A program made the position numbers and the translations under genes. Positions 16,142-24,123 of a stretch of DNA of 32,375 nucleotides are shown one piece after another. The stretch spans positions 1 to 32,375 of the forward strand of contig PEWS01000040.1 in NCBI GenBank assembly GCA_002779355.1, read 5' to 3'. Every line of letters begins with the position of its first letter. The first letter of the stretch is position 1. The notes below the pieces were generated by a model. The model made no database searches. It was given only the letters and a program-made list of their open reading frames with translations, and was not told the DNA's origin. This DNA is from Candidatus Nealsonbacteria bacterium CG07_land_8_20_14_0_80_39_13. Lineage in GTDB: Bacteria; Patescibacteriota; Minisyncoccia; Minisyncoccales; GCA-002779355.

Positions 16142-16205
16142 CAGGGGTCAGACCCCTGCGGAATCTACAGGGGTCAGACCCCTGTGAAAACCCCTGTGAA
16201 ATTTG
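16142..16205. repeat. Two CAGGGGTCAGACCCCTG palindromes plus CCCCTGTGAAA direct repeats
   Basis: The palindromes span 16142-16158 and 16168-16184. This is the same unit as at 10467-10485. Confidence 0.85.
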
Positions 16206-16265
16206 TTTGTTGAGAAAGCAATTATTTTGCTTTCAGTGGAGAGGTTTTTTTGATAGAATAAATTT

Positions 16266-16868
16266 ATGAAAAAACAGAAATTTTATGCTTACTCGGCTGA
16301 TGGGAAAACAGGCATAGCTGATGACTGGCCATCTTGCGAAAAAATCGTTTCCGGAATTCAGGGCGCCAAGTTCAAGGGCTTTCTGACCGAAGCTGAAGCT
16401 AAGATGTGGCTGGAAGCCGGAGCGGATTACAAGATTAAACACTTAACCACTGAAAAGGGGATCTATTTTGACGCCGGAACAGGAGCCGGCCACGGGGTTG
16501 AGATTAATGTAACCGATGAAAAGGGAACAAGCTTACTGGATAAAGTTTTACCGGACACCCATATAAATCATCGCGGCCACCACTGGATTTTTAAAGATGT
16601 AACTAATAATTTTGGCGAATTACTGGCCTGCAAATACGCCTTGCAGATTGCGTTAAAGGAGGGGATTAAGGATGTTTTCGGCGACAGTAAGTTGATTATT
16701 GAGTTTTGGTCTAAGGGGTATGTAAAAAAAGAAAATATTCATCCGGAGACAATTGCCTTAAGCGCTGAAGTTAAAAAACTAAGATATGATTTTGAGAAAT
16801 CAGGAGGGAAGATAGGGCGCGTTCCCGGCTCCGGCAACCCGGCCGATTTAGGTTTCCACAAAGGCTAA
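16266..16868 (+). CDS. rnhA: Ribonuclease HI with an N-terminal hybrid-binding (viroplasmin-like) domain
   Basis: The N-terminus KFYAYSADGKTGIADDWPSCEKIVSGIQGAKFKGFLTEAEAKMWL matches the HBD pattern. DEDD-type residues appear in YFDAGTG, NNFGELLA, FGDSKL and NPADL. Confidence 0.8.
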   Translation: MKKQKFYAYSADGKTGIADDWPSCEKIVSGIQGAKFKGFLTEAEAKMWLEAGADYKIKHLTTEKGIYFDAGTGAGHGVEINVTDEKGTSLLDKVLPDTHINHRGHHWIFKDVTNNFGELLACKYALQIALKEGIKDVFGDSKLIIEFWSKGYVKKENIHPETIALSAEVKKLRYDFEKSGGKIGRVPGSGNPADLGFHKG

Positions 16869-16873
16869 CCATA

Positions 16874-16908
16874 TTAAATTTCAAATTTCAAATTACAAAT
16901 TTCAAAAA
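16874..16908. repeat. Intergenic heptamer tract (TTAAATT TCAAATT TCAAATT ACAAATT TCAAAAA)
   Basis: It ends 2 nt before the ATG at 16911. Confidence 0.9.
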
Positions 16909-16910
16909 CC

Positions 16911-17444
16911 ATGGAGGAGATAAAGATAGATAAATTGATACGCTCCAAGAGAAGGAGCATCGCCTTAATCGTCTCGTCCGAGGCGACTCTTATTGTCCGA
17001 GCGCCAATGAGAACGACTTTGGAATATATTGAAGGTCTGGTTTTTGAAAAAAGGGCTTGGATAAAAAAGAAAAAGGATCAAATTTTAAAAAATAGCTGGC
17101 CGGCTAAAAAATGCGAAGAATTATCTCAAGAAAAGGCACTGGAGAAAATAACCGAAAGAGTGAATTTTTACAGTCGGATTACCGGTTGGAAATTTAAGTC
17201 CGTATCAATTACCAAGGCCGAATCAAGATGGGGCTCCTGCGGACCGAATAATTCAATTAATTTCAGTCGGCGGTTGATTATGGCGCCCATTGATGTTATT
17301 GATTATGTAGTTGTTCATGAATTGGCTCATATAGCGGAGAAAAATCATTCAAAAAAATTTTGGGACAAAGTGGAGGCAATTTTGCCTGATTATAAAGAAA
17401 AAAGAAAATGGTTAAAAGAAAAAGGCCATAATCTAAAAATATAA
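16911..17444 (+). CDS. YgjP-like metal-dependent hydrolase (DUF45 / M48-like, HExxH)
   Basis: WGSCGPNNSINFSRRLIMAP and VVHELAHIAEKNHSKKFW motifs. Confidence 0.7.
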   Translation: MEEIKIDKLIRSKRRSIALIVSSEATLIVRAPMRTTLEYIEGLVFEKRAWIKKKKDQILKNSWPAKKCEELSQEKALEKITERVNFYSRITGWKFKSVSITKAESRWGSCGPNNSINFSRRLIMAPIDVIDYVVVHELAHIAEKNHSKKFWDKVEAILPDYKEKRKWLKEKGHNLKI

Positions 17445-17448
17445 GCAT

Positions 17449-18363
17449 ATGGAAGAAATTTTTTTAGACGCTTTAATGGATTCATTTAAAATGGTTCCAT
17501 TATTGTTAATAATTTATATCGGAATAGAGTTGATTGAATATAGATTCGGGAACAGGATAAGGGAGAAAATCCAAAAAGCCGGAGCGGTAGGTCCGGCAAT
17601 AGGGGCGATAGCCGGGAGTTTTCCTCAATGCGGTTTTTCGGTTGTCGCCACAGCTTTGTATACCCAAAGATTAGTTACTGTGGGGACGCTAATGGCTGTT
17701 TATCTTTCCACTTCCGATGAAGCTATCCCGATAATTTTAGCCCAGCCGGACAAAACCGGAATTATTTTACCTTTAATTTCAACGAAGATTTTCATCGCCT
17801 TAATGGCCGGATACGCTATTGATTCGGCCTTCAGAAAAGAAAACAAAAAAATACTGGCTCATATTGAATCGTATGCGCATAGCAAAGATGATAAGGATCA
17901 TCATCACGAGTCAGTAATAGAAGAAAAAGCCTGTTGCGGGCACAGCGCTAGCGCCTTGGCTAAAGGATTCAATCCGAAAGAGATATTTTTTCATCCTGTA
18001 ATTCACACTTTTAAAATTTTCGTTTTTATTTTTGCCGTTTCGTTCCTGATCAACTTCGCTATTTTTCAAATAGGCGAAGAGGCGTTTGGTAAGTTATTTT
18101 TAAGCAATAGCTTTCTTCAGCCATTTTTAATGGGATTAGTCGGACTGATTCCGAACTGCGTCGCTTCTGTTGCTATAACTCAATTATATCTTGGGGGATT
18201 GATTTCTTTCGGTTCGGTTATTGCCGGATTATGCGCCAGCGGGGGATTGGGGATACTGGTTTTATTCAGGGAGGAAAAAGACAAGAAAAATGTGTTCAGG
18301 ATTTTACTCCTGCTCTTCGGCATAAGCGTCTCCTCCGGTCTGATAATCCAACACCTTTTTTAG
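17449..18363 (+). CDS. Polytopic membrane protein, putative heavy-metal permease (ArsP_2-like) with a His/Cys-rich loop
   Basis: A 304-aa ORF with about 8-10 hydrophobic helices. The central loop is HSKDDKDHHHESVIEEKACCGHS. The family assignment is from memory of the N-terminal pattern only. Confidence 0.5.
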   Translation: MEEIFLDALMDSFKMVPLLLIIYIGIELIEYRFGNRIREKIQKAGAVGPAIGAIAGSFPQCGFSVVATALYTQRLVTVGTLMAVYLSTSDEAIPIILAQPDKTGIILPLISTKIFIALMAGYAIDSAFRKENKKILAHIESYAHSKDDKDHHHESVIEEKACCGHSASALAKGFNPKEIFFHPVIHTFKIFVFIFAVSFLINFAIFQIGEEAFGKLFLSNSFLQPFLMGLVGLIPNCVASVAITQLYLGGLISFGSVIAGLCASGGLGILVLFREEKDKKNVFRILLLLFGISVSSGLIIQHLF

Positions 18364-18420
18364 CTTTTAATTGGTTTTAAAGTTTGATAAAATGTTATTA
18401 AATTATAAATTTAAGAAAAT

Positions 18421-18520
18421 CGGCCAGGGGCATCGGCCAGAGGCCCCAGCCAAAGGCTCCAGCCAAAGGCTGGTCAGCCTCTGGCCGAGGTCAGCTTCTG
18501 GCCGAGATAGTCCTCTGGAC
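18421..18520. repeat. Largest GC-rich modular repeat (100 nt) upstream of the HlyD-family gene
   Basis: It is built from GGCCAGAGGCC, CCAGCCAAAGGCT x2, GGTCAGCCTCTGGCCGAGGTC, AGCTTCTGGCCGAG and GTCCTCTGGAC units. Positions 18454-18492 are identical over 39 nt to the reverse complement of 6013-6051 in thrS. Confidence 0.85.
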
Positions 18521-18528
18521 TAAAAAAT

Positions 18529-20112
18529 ATGGATGAAGAAAATAAGAAAAACAAGAAAGGTTGGGCGGGGAAAATCGCGGTTTTGGTTGCTATTATAATA
18601 GTGGCTTATTTTGGTCTTTCTCAAACAATTTTTAAGCAAAAAGAGACAGGATTTAGGGTCGTGAAAGCGGAGATGAGAAATATTGTTCAGGAAATATCAG
18701 AGACAGGGACAGTTAAAAAAGGGGAAGAAACAAGACTGTCTTTTAAAAATGGAGGACGGATAGAAAAAATTTGGGTCAAAGCCGGAGATAATGTTGTTAA
18801 GGGAGAGGCTTTGGCGAAAGTTGACATAAGTGAAGTATCAATAAAGCTTTCCGAAGCCAAAGCTAATTTATTATTTGTTAAAGCAAAATTGGAGAAATTG
18901 ATGGCCGGCGCGAGCAATGAGGAAAAAGCCAGCGCTGAAACAGCGGTTTTGAACGCCGAAACAGCAGTTAAAAACGCAGAACATAATTTGGAAAATATAA
19001 AAGCTTCAGCTGAAAATAATCTCCTTGACACACAAGAAGACGCTAAGATTGTTTTAAACTCCGCTTATTTGACTATAAGCAATTCTTTTAATGTTGCTGA
19101 TTTGATAGAGAGAACTTATTTTTCCGCTAACGATCAGGAGGGGATATTGGTCAGGGAAAGCGTTGAAAAAATAGAAAAATTCTTATCCGTTGAGAATGAC
19201 CTTGCTAAAATGGAGGGGAATCTTAATATTGTATCTGATGCGTTAAAGAAAATCAGGGATATCTGCGAAGAAACGAAGTACAGAAATATTGTTTCTTCAA
19301 CCGATAAGGCTTCTTTGGATACTCAAAGGACGAATATAAACACAGCCTTAACCAATGTTGTTAATTCCGAGCAGGCAATTTCCTCTGTTAAATTAACCAA
19401 TGAATATAATATTAATTATGCGGGAACATCTCTCTCTTCGACTAAGGGAACCTTGGCCTCCGCTCAAAACAGCTTAGCTCTGCTGATAGCTCCGCCTCGC
19501 CAGGAAGATGTTAATTCTTACAAGGCTCAAGTAGTTCAGGCCGAAAGCAGTGTTGCTCTTTTGGAAAACCAGCTGAAAGAAGCTGTTTTGAGAAGTCCGT
19601 CTGACGGTCAAATAATAAGGGTTGAGGGAAAAGAGGGAGAGATGCAGGTGGCCGGAAGCCTCGCTATGTCTTTCTTGCCGACAGCCTTGTTTGAGATTGA
19701 AGTGAATATCTATGAAGAGGATATTGCTAAAATAAATCTTGGCGACCCGGCTGGTATTTCGCTGATAGCTTTTCCGGATAAAAAACTCAACGGAGAAGTA
19801 ATCGCCATTGATCCGGCTGAAGAACTTATTGAAGGGGTTGTTTATTACAAGACAAAAATAAGCATCAAGGATGCGCCGGAAGAAGTTAGGCCGGGAATGA
19901 CCGCTGATATAGACATTAAAAAGAATATTAAAGAGAATGTGCTGACTATCCCATCGGAAGCAGTTGGAAAGGAAAATGGAAAAGCGTTTGTTCAGTACCT
20001 GAAGAATGGAAAGATAGAAAAAAAAGAAATCATCATTGGCGCTCAAGGAAGTGGCGGTTTAGTTGAAATAATCTCCGGATTGAGCGAGGGCGATGAAATA
20101 AGAGTCAAATAA
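18529..20112 (+). CDS. HlyD/MacA-family efflux adaptor (membrane-fusion protein)
   Basis: An N-terminal TM segment, a long coiled-coil region, and barrel-sandwich/beta-barrel motifs (GTVKKGEE...VKAGDNVVKGEALAKVD, PGMTADIDI). It is followed by an ABC ATPase and an FtsX-type permease. Confidence 0.8.
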   Translation: MDEENKKNKKGWAGKIAVLVAIIIVAYFGLSQTIFKQKETGFRVVKAEMRNIVQEISETGTVKKGEETRLSFKNGGRIEKIWVKAGDNVVKGEALAKVDISEVSIKLSEAKANLLFVKAKLEKLMAGASNEEKASAETAVLNAETAVKNAEHNLENIKASAENNLLDTQEDAKIVLNSAYLTISNSFNVADLIERTYFSANDQEGILVRESVEKIEKFLSVENDLAKMEGNLNIVSDALKKIRDICEETKYRNIVSSTDKASLDTQRTNINTALTNVVNSEQAISSVKLTNEYNINYAGTSLSSTKGTLASAQNSLALLIAPPRQEDVNSYKAQVVQAESSVALLENQLKEAVLRSPSDGQIIRVEGKEGEMQVAGSLAMSFLPTALFEIEVNIYEEDIAKINLGDPAGISLIAFPDKKLNGEVIAIDPAEELIEGVVYYKTKISIKDAPEEVRPGMTADIDIKKNIKENVLTIPSEAVGKENGKAFVQYLKNGKIEKKEIIIGAQGSGGLVEIISGLSEGDEIRVK

Positions 20113-20135
20113 GTTAAATAAATAGCAAAATCTAA

Positions 20136-20855
20136 ATGGTAAACGACAAGTCATTGATCAAACTGGAGGATGTTTGGAAAATATATCAGCTGGGAAAAGT
20201 GGAGCTGACGGCTTTAAAAGGCGTAATCCTTGAAATTTTTGAAGGCTCTTTTGTGAGCATAGTCGGCTCATCAGGATCCGGAAAATCAACTTTATTAAAT
20301 ATGCTCGGTTGTCTGGATTTCCCCTCAAAGGGAAAAACTTTTTTGAAAGGGAAAGACATTTCTCTTTTAAGCGAAGATGAGCTTTCTCAAGCCAGAGGGA
20401 AAATCATCGGTTTTGTTTTCCAAGAGTTTAATTTATTGCCCAATTTTTCCGCTCTTCAGAACGTAATGTTTCCGATGATTTTTCAGGGAATTCCGGAGGC
20501 GGAGAGGGTGAAAAAAGCCAAAGAACTTTTAATTTCACTGGGACTGAAAGAAAGAATTTGTCATCAACCGTCTGAATTATCGGGCGGAGAAAGACAAAGG
20601 GTGGCTATTGCCAGGGCATTAGCCAATGATCCGGAAATGATTATAGCTGATGAGCCTACCGGAAATTTAGACTCTGTTACGGGAACCAAGATAATGGAAA
20701 TTTTGACCGATTTTCACAAAAATTTAGGGAGAACGGTTGTCGTTGTTACTCACGATCCGAAAGTGGCAAGATATAGCAAGGAGATGATTAATATTAAGGA
20801 TGGGGAGATAATATCCGACCATTCCAATTCAAACGAATCATTATGGAAGAAATAA
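20136..20855 (+). CDS. ABC transporter ATP-binding protein (MacB/LolD-type)
   Basis: Walker A GSSGSGKSTLLN, signature LSGGERQRVAIARAL, Walker B IIADEPTGNLD. Confidence 0.9.
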   Translation: MVNDKSLIKLEDVWKIYQLGKVELTALKGVILEIFEGSFVSIVGSSGSGKSTLLNMLGCLDFPSKGKTFLKGKDISLLSEDELSQARGKIIGFVFQEFNLLPNFSALQNVMFPMIFQGIPEAERVKKAKELLISLGLKERICHQPSELSGGERQRVAIARALANDPEMIIADEPTGNLDSVTGTKIMEILTDFHKNLGRTVVVVTHDPKVARYSKEMINIKDGEIISDHSNSNESLWKK

Positions 20856-22072
20856 GGGATTATTTAAAAATAGCGTTTCAAAACCTAAAGACGCGGTCAT
20901 TGAGAAGCTGGCTTACGATTCTTGGAATTGTCATCGGGGTTTTTCTTATTGTAAGTTTATTATCTTTAAGCGAGGGGCTGAAAACCACAATAAACAAACA
21001 ATTAAAGGCCATGGGCGGAGAAATTATCATTGTAATGCCCGGTGATGAATCCAACCCCTTTGCGTCAATGATGGTCGGAGGAGTTGAATTAGAAAGAGAA
21101 GATATTTCAGCTATACAAAAGACTGAAGGAGTTGATAAGGTTATTACTATGTCTTATAGTAGCGCCATTTCCAGATATAATGGCGAGGGAAAAACAACTT
21201 TTCTGGGAGGATTATCTTTAAGAGACGGCCAAGAAATTTTGTCAAGGTTTGAAGGATGGACCATAGGGGAGGGAAGATGGCCTATTTTTGGTAAAAATGA
21301 AGTCATTGTCGGGAAAAAATTAGCGGAGGATATTTTTGAAGATAATATAATCGTCAATAGCGACATAATGATTAAAGGAAGGAAGATGAAGGTTGTCGGG
21401 ATATTGGAATCTTTAGGCAGTAAGACAGATGACAGTTTTGTCTATATGGATATGGATGTTTACGAGAATATCACAGGGAAGAAAAAGGGGAGCGCTCAAA
21501 TGGCTATGGTCAAAGTAAGCGATGGCGTCTTAATCAATGATATAGCCGATAAAATAAAATTAGCTTTAGAGAAAACAACAAAAAGAAGAGGCGGAACGGA
21601 TGCGGCAAGTTTCGCCGTTATCACCGCAGAAAAAGTGAGTGGAATAGCAAATGACATCCTGTCGGTCGTTCAAGCTGTTATAGTTGGGTTCGCAAGCATC
21701 GCTATTATTGTCGGCGGAATCGGGATAATGAATACTATGCTTACCTCTGTCAGAGAGAGAACAAAGGAAATAGGAATAATGAAGGCCATTGGGGCTAAAA
21801 ATTCAGCCATAACATCTATTTTTTTAATGGAAGCGGCTATTATAGGATTTGTTGGCGGGATTGGGGGAACCGCGTTAGGAACAATAATGGCTAAGTTAAT
21901 AGAGGTATACGGACAAGTTCATCCGATGTTCTATTTTTCTGCAGTTATATCTCCGGGATTAGTTTTATTTGGATTGATTTTTTCTTTAGTCGTTGGCTGC
22001 TTAGCCGGGTTTCTTCCGGCGAGAAGAGCAGCGAAATTAAGGCCGGTCGACGCCTTAAGAAGATACGAATAA
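20843..22072 (+). CDS. ABC transporter permease (FtsX/MacB-type, 4 TM with a periplasmic domain)
   Basis: A 409-aa ORF with an N-terminal TM, a roughly 230-aa extracytoplasmic domain and a C-terminal FtsX-like 3-TM bundle (ERTKEIGIMKAIGA). It overlaps the ATPase gene by 13 nt. Confidence 0.85.
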   Translation: MEEIRDYLKIAFQNLKTRSLRSWLTILGIVIGVFLIVSLLSLSEGLKTTINKQLKAMGGEIIIVMPGDESNPFASMMVGGVELEREDISAIQKTEGVDKVITMSYSSAISRYNGEGKTTFLGGLSLRDGQEILSRFEGWTIGEGRWPIFGKNEVIVGKKLAEDIFEDNIIVNSDIMIKGRKMKVVGILESLGSKTDDSFVYMDMDVYENITGKKKGSAQMAMVKVSDGVLINDIADKIKLALEKTTKRRGGTDAASFAVITAEKVSGIANDILSVVQAVIVGFASIAIIVGGIGIMNTMLTSVRERTKEIGIMKAIGAKNSAITSIFLMEAAIIGFVGGIGGTALGTIMAKLIEVYGQVHPMFYFSAVISPGLVLFGLIFSLVVGCLAGFLPARRAAKLRPVDALRRYE

Positions 22073-22075
22073 CAA

Positions 22076-22111
22076 TCAAAATTACAAATTATAAATTACA
22101 AATTACAAAAA
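22076..22111. repeat. Intergenic heptamer tract (ACAAATT ATAAATT ACAAATT ACAAAAA)
   Basis: It ends 3 nt before the ATG at 22115. Confidence 0.85.
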
Positions 22112-22114
22112 ATT

Positions 22115-22417
22115 ATGGTTTTTGAATTATTATTTGCGGGGTTTGGCGGGGGATTGATGAGGGGATTGGTCGGTTTTCTTAAACACCAATTCGCTTACAA
22201 AACCGTTGATTTTAAGTGGCCTTATTTCTTAGGGGTAAGCGTTATGTCAGGGCTTATCGGAATGTTTTCAACTCTGGCTATGACAGGAGTCGGATTTTCA
22301 TTGGAAGGGGTTTTTACCCCGGCTTTGGCTTTTATCATCGGTTATGCCGGAGGCGATTTCATTGAAAACATTTACAAAATCATCATCCAAAAATCCTCCC
22401 TCTACACAAAAAAATAA
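22115..22417 (+). CDS. Small hydrophobic membrane protein, function unknown
   Basis: A 100-aa ORF with about 3 predicted TM helices. It is preceded directly by a heptamer tract. Confidence 0.6.
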   Translation: MVFELLFAGFGGGLMRGLVGFLKHQFAYKTVDFKWPYFLGVSVMSGLIGMFSTLAMTGVGFSLEGVFTPALAFIIGYAGGDFIENIYKIIIQKSSLYTKK

Positions 22418-22432
22418 CGTATAATTGAATTT

Positions 22433-23467
22433 ATGTCGTTGAAAAGGGAATTACTTATCATTATCTGTTTTGTTTTTTTGTCTTTGACTCTGATTGTGTC
22501 GGTTTCTTTCGCTTTGTTTGAGATGGAGACAAAGAAGCCTTTTAATCTTCAGGGGAAAGAAGAGGTTTTTGTTGTTGAGAAAGGGGAGGGGGCTAAACAA
22601 ATAGCCAAAAATCTTGGGGAAAAGGGGGTTATCAGAAATGACATTCTTTTTATTCTTTACGTTCTGAAAAGCGGTGAGGCCGGGAAAATTAAGGCCGGAA
22701 AATATTCTCTCTCCTCGGCTATGACTATTTCTCAAATAGCGGAGAAATTAGTTAAAGGCGAAGTGATGAAAGAAAAAATTATCATTCTTGAAGGATGGAG
22801 TTTGCGGGATATTGAGAGAGAGCTGATTTCCAAATTCCTCGTCCAGAGGACGACCAGCCTCTGGCTGGAAATTTCAGCAGAGAATGTGAAGTCATATAAG
22901 GAAGATTATGAATTTTTGAAGGATGCGCCGGACAGCGCTACCCTTGAGGGCTATATTTTCCCGGACACTTATGAGGTTGACGAAGGAGAAACCACAAAAA
23001 GTATAACCAGAAAAGCTTTGGATAATTTTGATAAGAAGTTGACGGAAGACTTAAGAAAAGAAATAAAGAAACAAAATAAAAGCATATTTGAAATCGTGAC
23101 AATGGCTTCTTTGTTGGAAAAAGAGGTCAGGACATCAGAGGATAAAAAAATTGTTTCCGGAATTTTTTGGAAAAGAATAAGCATCGGCCAGCCGTTGCAA
23201 AGCTGCGCCACTGTCGCTTACGCCATCGGGGTTGATAAATGGAGGTATTCATATGAAGACACAAGAACTAAATCTCCTTATAATACTTACTTGAATCAGG
23301 GATTGCCCATTGGTCCTATTTCTAATCCCGGGCTTGAGAGCATTAAGGCGGCGATTGAGCCGGAAAAAAGCGATTATTGGTATTATCTTTCAGATACTGA
23401 AGGAAAAACAATATTCAGTAAGACATTTGAGGAACATAATATAGCCAAGGCAAAATACCTTAAATAA
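22433..23467 (+). CDS. mltG: Endolytic murein transglycosylase MltG (YceG-like)
   Basis: An N-terminal TM segment, and the motifs ILEGW, ASLLEKE, QSCATVAY, SPYNTYLNQGLPIGPISNPG. Confidence 0.85.
   Translation: MSLKRELLIIICFVFLSLTLIVSVSFALFEMETKKPFNLQGKEEVFVVEKGEGAKQIAKNLGEKGVIRNDILFILYVLKSGEAGKIKAGKYSLSSAMTISQIAEKLVKGEVMKEKIIILEGWSLRDIERELISKFLVQRTTSLWLEISAENVKSYKEDYEFLKDAPDSATLEGYIFPDTYEVDEGETTKSITRKALDNFDKKLTEDLRKEIKKQNKSIFEIVTMASLLEKEVRTSEDKKIVSGIFWKRISIGQPLQSCATVAYAIGVDKWRYSYEDTRTKSPYNTYLNQGLPIGPISNPGLESIKAAIEPEKSDYWYYLSDTEGKTIFSKTFEEHNIAKAKYLK
22840..22868. repeat. GC-rich modular repeat copy inside the mltG coding sequence
   Basis: CGTCCAGAGGACGACC+AGCCTCTGGCTGG matches the two ends of the thrS module (6001-6016 and 6047-6059) without the internal units. 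It is followed by AAATTTC. Confidence 0.8.
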
Positions 23468-23471
23468 AATT

Positions 23472-24038
23472 ATGAAAAAAAAGCCAAAGGTGGCGATGGT
23501 TATTTCTTTTAGGGATTTCAGGGATGAGGAGCTTTTTGTTCCGATGGAAATTTTGAATAAGGCGGGGATAGAAACAAAAGTCATTTCCAATAAAAAAGGC
23601 TTGGCGATCGGGGCTGATGGGGGAGAGATTGAGGTTAATATTTTAGCTTCAGAATTAAAAGTGGAGGAGTTTGACGCTATAATTTTTATCGGTGGCCCGG
23701 GCTGTTTGAAAAATCTGGACAACGAAATTTCTTATGAAATTATCCGCCAAACGATTCATCAAGGGAAGATTTTGGCCGGAATATGCATCAGTCCTGTTAT
23801 TTTGGCTAAAGCCGGGGCGCTGAAAGGGAAGAGGGCAACGGTTTGGTCTAATTCAATGGACAAGTCAACTATAAAAATCCTAAAGGAAAATAGGGCTATT
23901 TACCAAAAAGAGCCGGTTGTGGTTGACGGAAATATCATCACATCCTCCGGCCCCTCCTCCGCCAAGGATTTTGCCGGAACTCTTGACAGGATTTTAAAAA
24001 AGAATATACTTGAGACAGGATCCGCAGACAGCAGGTAA
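23472..24038 (+). CDS. DJ-1/PfpI family protein
   Basis: FDAIIFIGGPG and the nucleophile-elbow-like ILAGICISPVILAKAG. Confidence 0.8.
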   Translation: MKKKPKVAMVISFRDFRDEELFVPMEILNKAGIETKVISNKKGLAIGADGGEIEVNILASELKVEEFDAIIFIGGPGCLKNLDNEISYEIIRQTIHQGKILAGICISPVILAKAGALKGKRATVWSNSMDKSTIKILKENRAIYQKEPVVVDGNIITSSGPSSAKDFAGTLDRILKKNILETGSADSR

Positions 24039-24083
24039 TTAAATCCTGCCGAGGAAACAAGTCGTCTTTTTGTTTACCCTTTG

Positions 24084-24104
24084 TCTGCAATAGCAGATTT
24101 TTTT
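24084..24104 (+). terminator. Short hairpin plus T7 run upstream of rplJ (DJ-1 gene terminator or L10-leader attenuator)
   Basis: TCTGC-AATA-GCAGA followed by TTTTTTT. It lies 20 nt upstream of the rplJ ATG. Confidence 0.4.
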
Positions 24105-24123
24105 ATTCACTAAAATCAAAGAT

